From: Verrucomicrobiota bacterium
GTDB lineage: Bacteria > Verrucomicrobiota > Verrucomicrobiia > Limisphaerales > J093
Assembly: GCA_029556615.1 (NCBI GenBank)
Contig: JAKQDD010000196.1
Location: 11,167 to 75,166, forward strand
DNA: 64,000 nucleotides
Reading direction: 5' to 3'
The position numbers and the translations under genes were made by a program. Shown one piece after another: positions 1 through 9,085 of the stretch. The number at the start of each line of letters is the position of its first letter. The stretch's first letter is position 1. The notes under the pieces were generated by a model that was not told where the DNA came from, ran no database searches, and saw only the letters and a list, made by a program, of their open reading frames with translations.

Positions 1-1098
1 CATTCGATGGTCGCCGTGGGTCTCGACGGTGGCGCCATGCCAGGATGCCGCCGACGGGTGGATTGTGAGGGTGTCCCCTGACTCCTCGACACGGCCGCCG
101 CAACGGCTGAGCTCCTGGCGCATCGCGGCCACGCGCTCGCATTCCTGAAGCCGCAGCCGCCCGAGGTCGGTGAAGCGGACGGGCTCCGGCCCCAGCAGCG
201 CGAGGGGCATCGCCGTCAGGATGCTGTCGCCGAGATCGCGCGCGCGCGAGATCACCCGAGGCAGCGGCAAATACTTCGGAAACCGTTCGTCCACCTGCCA
301 CCCGCTCTCCGGCCATCGCGCCACGCGGATGCGGGATCCCGGGACCAGCGTGCCGGCGGCGTGAAAGTAGCTGCCGCTCGACGCGTCCGCCTCGATTGTG
401 AACCGTCCGCCCCGTCGCGGAAACGCGCGGATCAACTGCCGGGTCATCTCGATGTAGGGCATCTCCTCGGGATTCTCCCCGGCCACGCGCACCTCCCATC
501 CGGCGGCGGGGGCCATGAGCAACAGGGCCGAGGCGAACTGGGAGCTGTCGTCGACGCCGACCGTGCAGTGTCCGGGCCGCGGGCCGTCGGCGTGGATCAC
601 AGCCGGCAGCCGGTCCTTGGGGCTGTCAATCGGGACTCCCAGCTGGCGCAGCGCCTGGAACAGGCCCCCCTGGGGCCGTTCCTGCATGCGGGGCACGCCT
701 TCCAGGCGGTAGGCGCCGTGGCCGAGGCTGACCAGGGCGGCGAGGAATCGGGCCGCGGTGCCCGCGTTGCCGACCCACAGGGCCAGCGGTTGACCCGGGG
801 TCCCCCCGTCGGCAATGCGTCCCCCCCTGCCCGAGACCGTCAGCTGCCGGTTCGAGGAGTCACCGGGGTCCGGGGCCACGCGGATGTCAATCCCGAGCTG
901 CCGCAGGGCGGCCACCATGATTTGGGTGTCCTCGCTCCAGAGGGCCGCATCGAGCACGGTGGTGCCCTCAGCGAGGGCCGCCAGCACCAGCGCCCTGTTG
1001 GTGAGGCTCTTCGATCCGGGCACTGTGACTTCGGCACAGACGGGTGCCTCGAGGGGCAGGATCTCGATGAGCGAGGGCAGGGGACTGGGTCGTTCCAT
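1..1098 (-). CDS. aroA: 3-phosphoshikimate 1-carboxyvinyltransferase (EPSP synthase); C-terminal end lies beyond the window start
   Basis: Not in the ORF track because it is open to the window edge. My translation from the ATG at 1098 reads MERPSPLPSLIEILPLEAPVCAEVTVPGSKSLTNRALVLAALAEG...LWVGNAGTAARFL...VETHGDHRM, which carries the canonical EPSPS motifs. It lies 29 nt downstream of tyrA on the same strand. Confidence 0.9.
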   Translation of the reverse strand, partial: MERPSPLPSLIEILPLEAPVCAEVTVPGSKSLTNRALVLAALAEGTTVLDAALWSEDTQIMVAALRQLGIDIRVAPDPGDSSNRQLTVSGRGGRIADGGTPGQPLALWVGNAGTAARFLAALVSLGHGAYRLEGVPRMQERPQGGLFQALRQLGVPIDSPKDRLPAVIHADGPRPGHCTVGVDDSSQFASALLLMAPAAGWEVRVAGENPEEMPYIEMTRQLIRAFPRRGGRFTIEADASSGSYFHAAGTLVPGSRIRVARWPESGWQVDERFPKYLPLPRVISRARDLGDSILTAMPLALLGPEPVRFTDLGRLRLQECERVAAMRQELSRCGGRVEESGDTLTIHPSAASWHGATVETHGDHRM

Positions 1099-1127
1099 GG
1101 CCTGGGTTGGCGACGGCCGCCGGAGTT

Positions 1128-2012
1128 CTACTCGGGCGACGGGCTGATCTGGGTTTCGATCCAGCGGTCGCGACGCTCCTTCGCGCGGTGGAAGAGCGCC
1201 GACAGCGCCGCGGCATCGCTGGCGGCCAGGGCTTGTCGCATCGCGTCCAGCTGTGCGCTCAGGGCGTCCAGGGCTTCGCCGAGGGGCGCCCGATTGGCCA
1301 GCGCGATGTCGCGCCACATCTCCGGTGAACTCGAGGCAACCCGCGTCGTGTCCCGGAAGCCGTTGGCACAAAGGAGCGCCTGCTCCTTCGGAGCTTCGGG
1401 GTCCAGGATGGCATCCGCCAGCACGCTGGCCACAAGGTGTGGCAGATGACTGGACCGCGCCACCAACTGATCGTGCAGGCCGGCGTCGAGCCGGAGTACC
1501 CGCATGCCGACACCCTTCCAGAGCGCCTCGGCGCGTGCGAGCGCCGCCGGGTCGGACCGGGGGGTTGGCGTGATCACACACAGTGCGCCCTCGAAGAGAT
1601 TCGCCCGGGCGTGCGCGACTCCCATTTTCTCGGCGCCAGCCATGGGGTGGCTGCCGATGAACCAGGCGCCCGTGGACGCGGCCATGGGCTCGAGGTCATG
1701 GACGACCGTTTGCTTGACGCTTCCCACGTCGGTAACCACGGTGCCCGGCGTGAGCGCCGGGGCCATTTCCTCCATCAGGGGGCGCATCTGGCCGATGGGT
1801 GTTCCGAGAACCACAACGTCGGCATCCTTGACTGCCCCGGCCAGATCATGCGTTGCCCGGTCGGCGGCGCCGCGCCGCTCGCATTCGGCCGCGGCCTCCG
1901 GACGTCGCACATAACCCACCACGCGGGCGGCAAGGCGCCGCTCCCGCAGGGCCAAGCCGAGCGACCCTCCCAGCAATCCCATCCCGACGATTGTGACTTT
2001 CCCCACCAACAC
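1128..2012 (-). CDS. tyrA: prephenate/arogenate dehydrogenase
   Basis: Track ORF of 294 aa. N-terminal Rossmann motif VTIVGMGLLGGSLGLAL. Family-typical FIGSHPMAG and HDQLVARSSHLPHLVA. GTG start. Confidence 0.85.
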   Translation of the reverse strand: MLVGKVTIVGMGLLGGSLGLALRERRLAARVVGYVRRPEAAAECERRGAADRATHDLAGAVKDADVVVLGTPIGQMRPLMEEMAPALTPGTVVTDVGSVKQTVVHDLEPMAASTGAWFIGSHPMAGAEKMGVAHARANLFEGALCVITPTPRSDPAALARAEALWKGVGMRVLRLDAGLHDQLVARSSHLPHLVASVLADAILDPEAPKEQALLCANGFRDTTRVASSSPEMWRDIALANRAPLGEALDALSAQLDAMRQALAASDAAALSALFHRAKERRDRWIETQISPSPE

Positions 2013-2087
2013 GGCTCACAGCCTAGCCGCCTCCGCCCGGCCCGGCCAAGCCGGAATGCGAGGCGTTGGCGGTCTTTTGCCGAAGGC

Positions 2088-2300
2088 TCAACCGATCCGC
2101 CAGACGATCCGCGCCTTGGTGAGGTCGTACGGGGACATCTCCATTTTGACGCGGTCGCCGGTGGTCAACCGCACGAATCGCTTGCGCATTCGGCCCGCGA
2201 TGGTGGCCAGCACCACGTGGTCGTTGTCCAATCGCACCCGGAACATCGTCCCCGCCAGCACGGTTACAATGCAGCCCTCAACCTCAATGTGGTCTTCCAT
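2088..2300 (-). CDS. infA: translation initiation factor IF-1
   Basis: 70-aa S1-like protein. MEDHIEVEGCIVTVLAGTMFRVRLDNDHVVLATIAGRMRKRFVRLTTGDRVKMEMSPYDLTKARIVWR is near-consensus for IF-1. Confidence 0.95.
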   Translation of the reverse strand: MEDHIEVEGCIVTVLAGTMFRVRLDNDHVVLATIAGRMRKRFVRLTTGDRVKMEMSPYDLTKARIVWRIG

Positions 2301-2706
2301 GAACGATCAATTGAATGCAAACCAGGGCGCTGCGGGAAACCGCAAGCGCACTGTCGAATCCCGCAACGATGCCCGTTGGTTTCGGAATAGCAAGCGGTTT
2401 TCCGGCGCCTTCTCCTTCCGTTTCCGGCCGGCGCGAAGCCATGTCGGAGTGCACGACGGAGTCCTTCTGCAGACGCGGAATCCCGTTCATCCCGTCTTCT
2501 CCCCCACCGAACAAGCAACCGACCATTGCACCCCCGGGTCAGGGTGCACGACAGGATTCTGAGTTCAGGCTGCCAAGAAGTGGTCAGAGTCCGCTGACAG
2601 GCATCCGGTGTGAACGACCGATTGCCCTCCGGACTGCGCGGTCTCCACGGAGGGCCCTGCACGGGCCCTGGCGGAGCCGCGCGCCGCGAACCGGCTTGGT
2701 TGTCGC

Positions 2707-4119
2707 TCACTCGATGTTGTGGAGCGATCCGAGCAGGTGCACTGCGGCGTCCACAAGGCGTTCCCCCGAGCCTGCCGCACACCGGGCGCTCTCCGGTTCG
2801 TAATTCCCCTCGGCATAGCTGCGCCGGTCAGGCACATAACCGATGTTCTCGTTCGCCAGTTCGACAACGAGAGTTTGACCGAAGGGCGATCGCCGTTTGA
2901 CCGCCAGTCCGAGCTCGACGAAGATCTCGCCCGGCAGACCCACCCAGGCCAGGTCCTGGCCCAGGGCAATCGCCTGCACCTCGACCCGGTGGGGTCTGCC
3001 TTCGCGCTCGGCGATGTCCAGCACCCGGTGGGCGCGCACGCGTTTCATGAAGTTCGCTCCCCGATCGTCGCGGGTGCTCTCGAGCGTTACCCTGGCCTCG
3101 GCGACCTCCTGCGGCGTCACCGGCGGGAGGGGGAGTTCGACCGTCTCCGATCGGCACCGGAGGGGGCCTGGGGGGAGGGGTTCGAGGCTCTTGCAGGCTT
3201 GAAAGACGGCGGCGCCGAGGATGGTGGCGATCCGGTTCTGTTCGCCCGGGCCGCCCTGGGGCCCGCCCCAGTGGAAATCGAGATGGTTCAGATTCCCGCA
3301 GGTGCCGTTGGCCACCAGCGTGAGATGTCGGGCCCCATGATAGCCAGCCAGCACCCGACCCAAGGCCCCCGGCCAGTCGGCACTGAAGCGCATCCCGCCG
3401 GTTGTGTCCGGGTGCATGGCGAAGTTGACGTAGGTCGCCCGCACAGTCGATGGGCCTTGGTTCCCGGGGGAACCGACCTGCAGGACCCCCACCTCCGGAT
3501 CGGTTGGGCCGGCGGGGAGGCCGAGATTCGGGTTCAGTTTTCCGGGGTTCCAACCGACGGTGCCGTCGTTCATGAAGAAGCGGCGGTTGAAGGCGAGGCC
3601 TTCGCACCGGCCCGTGGCGCTGCGGAGCACGGCCGACTGCAGCGCGGCATTCGCTTCTCGGACGCTCGACGCGATGCGCTCGGGCAGCTTCTCGGTGTAC
3701 TCGACGGCGACCGGTTTGGGCGCCCCCGGTCCGGTGATGCTTCGATCCCCCTCGACGAGCTCCGGTCCCGTGTGGGCGTGGGTTGCGCTGATCATGACGG
3801 CTGTCCCCCGGATGCCGGTGGTCCGTTCGATCTCGAGTCGTGCGCGATCGGTGACATTGCGGGTGACACTGATGATATCGAGAGTGACGAGCGCAACCCG
3901 ATCGCCGCCGGCCTCGATCACCATGGCCTTGCTGTACAGCGGGTCGAGGACGCCCTCGGCCGGTCGTTCATGGTAGTAGCCCGCCATCGGCATTCCCAGG
4001 GGCGGCGTGATGTCGACTGCCGCGATGCCCACCCGGAGGTCGCCGCCGGCCAGCGGCAGGGTGGCGAGGAGACACAGCATGGCCAGGGGCCGAGCCAGGG
4101 ACCGAGTGGTTGTTTTCAT
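2707..4119 (-). CDS. secreted neutral/alkaline ceramidase-like hydrolase (N-terminal ceramidase domain family)
   Basis: Signal peptide MKTTTRSLARPLAMLCLLATLPLAG. VGIAAVDITPPLGMPMAGYYHER...LYSKAMVIEAGGDRVALVTLDII...SATHAHTGPE matches the pattern I recall for bacterial neutral ceramidase-like proteins. Confidence 0.65.
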   Translation of the reverse strand: MKTTTRSLARPLAMLCLLATLPLAGGDLRVGIAAVDITPPLGMPMAGYYHERPAEGVLDPLYSKAMVIEAGGDRVALVTLDIISVTRNVTDRARLEIERTTGIRGTAVMISATHAHTGPELVEGDRSITGPGAPKPVAVEYTEKLPERIASSVREANAALQSAVLRSATGRCEGLAFNRRFFMNDGTVGWNPGKLNPNLGLPAGPTDPEVGVLQVGSPGNQGPSTVRATYVNFAMHPDTTGGMRFSADWPGALGRVLAGYHGARHLTLVANGTCGNLNHLDFHWGGPQGGPGEQNRIATILGAAVFQACKSLEPLPPGPLRCRSETVELPLPPVTPQEVAEARVTLESTRDDRGANFMKRVRAHRVLDIAEREGRPHRVEVQAIALGQDLAWVGLPGEIFVELGLAVKRRSPFGQTLVVELANENIGYVPDRRSYAEGNYEPESARCAAGSGERLVDAAVHLLGSLHNIE

Positions 4120-4147
4120 GGTCGTTCGCTGATGGGGAGGTCCGGGT

Positions 4148-6667
4148 TCACCAGTCCTGGGCGGCGCGGTGGTTTCCTGGACGATTGCGCGCCTGCTGGC
4201 GTTCGCGATCGCCAGTCATCGGCGGTTCGCGTTCGCTCACTTCGTCCAGCAGACTCTGCAGGGAAGCCGGCTGCCGGCCCGGTCGCGGGGGCGTCTGCGC
4301 CGCCTGCCTGACGCGGTCGCGGGCGCGGGCCAGTCTCGGTTCGAGTTCCTGCAAGCCCTGCTGCGCCTTGGCCTGATCCGGCTGGATATCGAGCGCCCGC
4401 TCGAAATGGGTTTGTGCTTCCTGGTATCGGCCCAGGGCTTCCGTGGGACTGCCGGGCTCGGCGCGGTCGCCAGCCTGCATTTCCTCCTGACCTGCCAGCG
4501 CCAGGGCCTCGGGGAGCAATCGCCGGGTTTCCGCCGCCCCTTCTTGTGCCGGGACACTCCCGGGGTGCATCTCGAGGGCGGCCTCGAAGTGTCCCAAAGC
4601 CTCGCTGAGACTCGATGCGGACAGCGGGCTTTCTTGCGCCAGGAGCTCGCGTCCCTGACGCAGCGCGTGCTGTCCCTCGCTCAGATGGAGTGTCTCGATC
4701 GCCCGGCGGACCTCACGCTCGCCGCGCTCTGCGGCCTCGTGACCGGGTTCGGCCGCCTGCGCCTGCTGGTAATGGTCCAGCGCAGTCTCGAAATGGCCGA
4801 GAGCAGCGTCGGGGTTCCATTCCGCCTCGGTTTGGCCCTCTTTCTGGTCGCGCTGGCCCATGCGGGTGAGCAAGTCAGCGAGCTTATGACGGACGCGGTC
4901 CTGGGCCTGGCTGGCGGCGGCGTCGAGTGACTGCGCCGCCGGGTCATTGGTGGCCGCCTTCGGTTCGGGCTGGGAGGAGGGTGTGGCCTGGGCGATGTCC
5001 GCCAGGGCGTCGCGGTACTGTTCCTCGGCTTGGCGGTCGGCCCAGCGATTCTTCGCCTGCGCTTGCTCATCGCCACGGCGCTCTGCGGCGCTGGCTCGAG
5101 CCAGAAGCCGCTCGCGCAGGGCGGTGCGGGCGTGATCGCGATCGGTCCGGATCGCGGGCTCATCGGGAGCGAGCAGCGTGGCCTCGTCGAGCTCGGTGGT
5201 GGCGGCCTCGAGCAGGCGGATCGCCTCGTCGATCGGTTTGTCGGCGGCTTGCTGGAAGGACTCGAGTCCGAGGCGGTGGAGCAATCGGGCCAGGTACCGT
5301 TCAACCAGGTCGTGGTTGTGGCGGGTTGCGGTGTTGCGCGGTTGGATGCGCAACGCGCTCCGATAGGCTTCGAGGCTCCGCCGCCAGAGTTCGGCAGTCT
5401 CCTCGGGCCGGTCGGGCTCGCCGGCTTCGCCGAGTCGGAACTGGGCGTTACCGAGCTGGAACCAGACGGGTTGGCGGAGGCGGCTTGGCAGTGTCCGGAG
5501 CGCCAAGTCCTGCCAATGCTCCTGGGCGCGGAGGTAATCCTGCTGCGCATAGGCATCGACGCCTGCGTTGTAGACATCCCAAGGGGAGGGTTCGGGCGGC
5601 GCGGCGGCCGGAGCGTTGGCGGCGAGGAGGGGGGCACCGGCCAGGAGGGCGATGGCGGCTGCGATGGCCCGACGCCGGTCGCTCAGAACCCAGCCTGCTC
5701 CCAGGAGACCGGTTGCCAGGGCCAGCGGCCACTGGAACTGCTCGCGGGGTTCATCCACGAGCCGCCGCTCGGTGGTGCGCGCCAGCGGGGCGGCCACGTC
5801 GCGGAACCAATCGATCAGGACCCGGTCATCCGCGTCCTCGATGCGGGTGTAGCGTCCTCCGCCGGCTGCGGCGATGCGCTGGAGTCGTTGTTCATCGCGC
5901 CGGGAGACCACCTCGCGGCCGGCGACGTTCCGCACCAACCGTGCCGTCTCGCCGGCTGAAGTCGGGACCCTGGCTCCGGCGGTTGAGCCGACGCCTGCGG
6001 TATGGACGCGCACGCCGTCGCGCCACGCCGCCTGGGCGGCGCCGACGGCGTCTCCCTGCAATTGCTCGCCGTCGCTGACGACGAGCAAGGTCCGCGGTCC
6101 CTGGGCGGAGCGGTCGAAGCACTGGCGTGCCTCGGTGATGGCGAGGCCCAGATCGCTGCCTTGGGCGGAGACCATGCCGGGGCCGGCACCGTCCAGGGCA
6201 CGATGGAACGCCGTGCGATCGCGGGTCAGTGGTGCCGCGAGATGTGGTTCTCCGGCGAACGCGAGCAGGGCGGCGCGGTCGCCGCCCAGATCGTCGATGA
6301 GACGCTGGATTGCCCTGGTGGCCGACTTCAGTCGGTTGGTGTTGCCGGCGTCGGCGGCGAGCATCGACCGGGAGACATCCAGGGCGATCACGAGGTCGAC
6401 CCCGGTGCGCTCGATTTCAATGGTCTTACGGCCCCACAAGGGGCGGGCGAGCGCGAGGATCAGGAGGGCGAGTCCGAGAGCGATCAATCCCCGTTTCAGC
6501 CGGCGTCGGCCGGGGTGGACGGAGCGCAGCAGGTACGGGAGCCAGGGCGTGTCGAAGGCTGCCTGCCATCGATGCCTTGTCCGGCGGGCCGAGACGAGCC
6601 AGAGCGCGGCCAGGCCCGCCAGGGCGGCGGGCAACACGACCAACCAGAACGGTTCGCCGAGTCTCAT
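4148..6667 (-). CDS. BatB-like membrane VWA-domain protein fused to a long TPR/coiled-coil C-terminal region
   Basis: I place the start at MRLGEPFWLVVLP (ATG 6667), which overlaps the batA stop by 4 nt. Two TM helices. VWA MIDAS motif DLVIALDVSRSM. The C-terminal 450 aa are helical and TPR-like (YNAGVDAYAQQDYLRAQEHW...). The 161-aa N-terminal extension in the track ORF overlaps batA and is rejected. Confidence 0.8.
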   Translation of the reverse strand: MRLGEPFWLVVLPAALAGLAALWLVSARRTRHRWQAAFDTPWLPYLLRSVHPGRRRLKRGLIALGLALLILALARPLWGRKTIEIERTGVDLVIALDVSRSMLAADAGNTNRLKSATRAIQRLIDDLGGDRAALLAFAGEPHLAAPLTRDRTAFHRALDGAGPGMVSAQGSDLGLAITEARQCFDRSAQGPRTLLVVSDGEQLQGDAVGAAQAAWRDGVRVHTAGVGSTAGARVPTSAGETARLVRNVAGREVVSRRDEQRLQRIAAAGGGRYTRIEDADDRVLIDWFRDVAAPLARTTERRLVDEPREQFQWPLALATGLLGAGWVLSDRRRAIAAAIALLAGAPLLAANAPAAAPPEPSPWDVYNAGVDAYAQQDYLRAQEHWQDLALRTLPSRLRQPVWFQLGNAQFRLGEAGEPDRPEETAELWRRSLEAYRSALRIQPRNTATRHNHDLVERYLARLLHRLGLESFQQAADKPIDEAIRLLEAATTELDEATLLAPDEPAIRTDRDHARTALRERLLARASAAERRGDEQAQAKNRWADRQAEEQYRDALADIAQATPSSQPEPKAATNDPAAQSLDAAASQAQDRVRHKLADLLTRMGQRDQKEGQTEAEWNPDAALGHFETALDHYQQAQAAEPGHEAAERGEREVRRAIETLHLSEGQHALRQGRELLAQESPLSASSLSEALGHFEAALEMHPGSVPAQEGAAETRRLLPEALALAGQEEMQAGDRAEPGSPTEALGRYQEAQTHFERALDIQPDQAKAQQGLQELEPRLARARDRVRQAAQTPPRPGRQPASLQSLLDEVSEREPPMTGDRERQQARNRPGNHRAAQDW

Positions 6668-7620
6668 GGCAGGCGTCTCCAGCGAGTATAAGCCAGAACC
6701 TCCGCGGTCAGCAACAGGCCCAATGCCGGAACGGCGAGCCAGGGGAATAGCTCGCGCCAGGCTTTCTCCCGGCGGTCGGTCAGCTTCTGTTTCTCGAGGC
6801 GATCGATGGCGGCGTAGACCGCCCGGAGATCCGTGCCGCTTCGCACCCGGAAGAACTCGCCGCCGGTGCGGGCGGTCATCCGCGTGAAGAGCTCGCTGAG
6901 GTCGCTGACCGGAGCTGGTTGGCCGGGACTGAGGATCTGGATGCAGTGGATGCGGACGCCGAGCGGGTGGAGGGCCTCGGCGATGGCCGTTGGCGCCGGT
7001 CCGGCGCTGATGTTCTCCGCATCGGTCATGAGGATGACGACCCGGGTCTCGTTGCTGTGCTGTTGCAGGTGCTCGACGGAGACGAGCAGGCCGGACCCGA
7101 CGGCCGTGCCGACGCCGTTGGTCTCGAGTTTCAGCCGCTCGAGCAGCCAATCGTGATCAAGCGTCAGCGGACTCGAAAGCCAGGCGTCGCGGTCGAAGGA
7201 AACCAGTCCGATCCGGTCATTTGGCCGGCCGCGGATGAACTCGGCCGAGATCCGTTTGAGCCCTTCGGATCGGCTCACCCGACGGCCGTCCAGGAAGAAG
7301 TCGCGGGTTTTCATGGTGCCCGAGAAATCGAGCGCGAGCATGATGTTGATGCCGCGGGCGTCCTCGCGGGTTTCAGCGGTCTCGGTCTGGGGTCGGGCCA
7401 GGGCGAGAACGAGGAGGGAGAGGGCGATCATCCAGAGGACTTCGAGCCAGCGTCGCGGTCCGCCGCTGCGGACCTGGGCGGCGGCGGAAAGCAGGGAGGC
7501 GGAGGTGTAGGCCAGAGCTGCAGGCCGTCGTGGGCGACGGAGGCGCCACAGCATCCAGAGGGCGGGCAGCAGCAGCGCCGGCAACCACCAGGGCGAGGCC
7601 CATCGAAGGCTTGCGATCAT
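6664..7620 (-). CDS. BatA-like VWA-domain membrane protein
   Basis: N-terminal TM helices plus VWA motif INIMLALDFSGTM and VVILMTDAENISAGP. C-terminal TM helix. Classic position after DUF58/DUF4381. Confidence 0.85.
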   Translation of the reverse strand: MIASLRWASPWWLPALLLPALWMLWRLRRPRRPAALAYTSASLLSAAAQVRSGGPRRWLEVLWMIALSLLVLALARPQTETAETREDARGINIMLALDFSGTMKTRDFFLDGRRVSRSEGLKRISAEFIRGRPNDRIGLVSFDRDAWLSSPLTLDHDWLLERLKLETNGVGTAVGSGLLVSVEHLQQHSNETRVVILMTDAENISAGPAPTAIAEALHPLGVRIHCIQILSPGQPAPVSDLSELFTRMTARTGGEFFRVRSGTDLRAVYAAIDRLEKQKLTDRREKAWRELFPWLAVPALGLLLTAEVLAYTRWRRLP

Positions 7621-8153
7621 GCCGCAGGACCCTCCGGCGTCGCTTCGGGGGGGGTGGGGCGGGAGGCCAGGACGAACCCGACGGCCGCCGCGTGGAGCCG
7701 CCCGAGTTCCTCAGCGGTGGCTGTGTAGCGGCCGAACTTGCAGAGGTCGCACGCCACAAGACAACGGCCGAGGCTTTCCTGGTGGGCCGACGGGAGCACA
7801 GGGGACTGGCTGGCGGCGCCGAGGAATTCCTCGGTGGCCAGCCGGGGTGCGCTCAAACCGTACCGTTGCTCGATGTAGCGCCGCAGGACGGCGGTGGCCG
7901 CCATGCAATAGTCCCGCGATGCCTCGGGGCGAAGGAGGCCAGCGAGCCGCTCGAGCTCGGCAAGAGCCGTCTCCCAGGCTCTGTCCGGCGTGGGATCGGC
8001 GGCGGGGGCTACGGCTGCGGGCTGCCGCCGACGCCAGCGCCAGAGGGCGAGGGCCGCCAGGGCCGTGGCGCCTGCGACGAGGATGGCAAGTTGCCAGCGC
8101 GGATCGGGCGGTGCCAGGTGGCGCAGGTCCTCGATGAGATTGGTCTCGATCAT
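7617..8153 (-). CDS. DUF4381-like small membrane protein of the Bat operon
   Basis: Start at MIETNLIEDL (ATG 8153), in a 4-nt overlap with the DUF58 stop. One TM helix (WQLAILVAGATALAALALW). Conserved CDLCKFGRY tail, as I recall for DUF4381. Confidence 0.65.
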   Translation of the reverse strand: MIETNLIEDLRHLAPPDPRWQLAILVAGATALAALALWRWRRRQPAAVAPAADPTPDRAWETALAELERLAGLLRPEASRDYCMAATAVLRRYIEQRYGLSAPRLATEEFLGAASQSPVLPSAHQESLGRCLVACDLCKFGRYTATAEELGRLHAAAVGFVLASRPTPPEATPEGPAA

Positions 8154-9085
8154 GCCGGCAGGGTGGGGGGGGTGGGGCCGCGCCGTTGCCGCTGCTCGAA
8201 GAACTGCAGGAGCGCGCGCTGGCACGGGCGGCCCGTCACACAGGGAATGGCATCCACTCCCGCCCGGCGGAATACGTCCTGGAGTGCTGCCGCCCGGGAT
8301 CGGCGCGCCAGGTCGAAGGCGTGCCGCACGGCTGGATCGCCGGTGTCGAGCTCGAGGAGGTCCCCGGTCTCGGCATCCTCGCAGACGAGCCAGCCGAGTT
8401 CTGGCAGACGGCTCTCCGCCTCGTCTTCGAGCATCATGGCCACCACATCATGGCGGCGCGCTGCAATGCGCAACGCCCGCTCGAAGCCGGCGTCGAGAAA
8501 GTCGGAGAGCACGAAGACGGTGGCGCGGCGGCGCAAGGCGGAGCCGATCGCATCGAGAGCGGTCCGAATCGAGGTGGTTCGGCCCCGGGGGCGATGGGCG
8601 AGCACGGCGGCGACGATGGCCAGTGCCTGACGACGGCCTATCCGGGGAGGCAGGTAGCGCTCGACCCGGTCGGAGAAGAGGAGCAACCCGACCCGGTCAT
8701 TGTTCATGACCGCGCTCCAGGCGAGGGTGGCGGCCAGCTCCGCCGCCAGCTCCCGCTTGCTCTGGGGCCCGGAGGCGAAGTCCGACGAGGCGCTGATGTC
8801 CACCGCAAGGAAGACGGTGAGGCAGCGTTCTTCGACGTTCTGCCGGGTTTGGACGATCCCGGTCCTGGCCGTCGTGTGCCAGTCAATGCTCCGCACGTCG
8901 TCCCCCGGCTCGTAGGCCCGCACCTCATCGAACTCGAGGCCGCGTCCGCGAAAGACCGACCGGTAGGGGCCCGAGAGGAGATCCTCGACCCGGCGCCGGG
9001 CGCGCAGGTCGATCAGGCGGACCCGGCGCAGGAGTTCGGCGGGCAGGGAGCAGGCGGGCGGGGTGGGGTCGGCCGTGGGCTTCAC
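8150..9085 (-). CDS. DUF58 family protein (MoxR-associated, VWA-like)
   Basis: Only the C-terminal ~311 aa of the 827-aa track ORF look real: LLSGPYRSVFRGRGLEFDEVRAYEPGDDVRSIDWHTTARTG...VFLAVDISASS. A GTG at 9085 overlaps the moxR stop (GTGA). Confidence 0.85.
   Translation of the reverse strand: MKPTADPTPPACSLPAELLRRVRLIDLRARRRVEDLLSGPYRSVFRGRGLEFDEVRAYEPGDDVRSIDWHTTARTGIVQTRQNVEERCLTVFLAVDISASSDFASGPQSKRELAAELAATLAWSAVMNNDRVGLLLFSDRVERYLPPRIGRRQALAIVAAVLAHRPRGRTTSIRTALDAIGSALRRRATVFVLSDFLDAGFERALRIAARRHDVVAMMLEDEAESRLPELGWLVCEDAETGDLLELDTGDPAVRHAFDLARRSRAAALQDVFRRAGVDAIPCVTGRPCQRALLQFFEQRQRRGPTPPTLPA

Noticed and set aside
2401-2460. A CCGGAAACGGAAGGAGAAGG segment on the minus strand resembling the SRP RNA domain IV motif (GGAAGGAAGCAG).
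   Set aside because: No flanking helix 8 symmetric-loop context and no conserved GNAR tetraloop arrangement could be drawn. The match is likely chance.
6668-7150. 161-aa N-terminal extension of the BatB-like ORF (4148..7150).
   Set aside because: It lies entirely inside batA in another frame and has a junk-like composition (RRRHGRRVRPARLRR...). The ATG at 6667 gives the expected TM start and the ATGA coupling.
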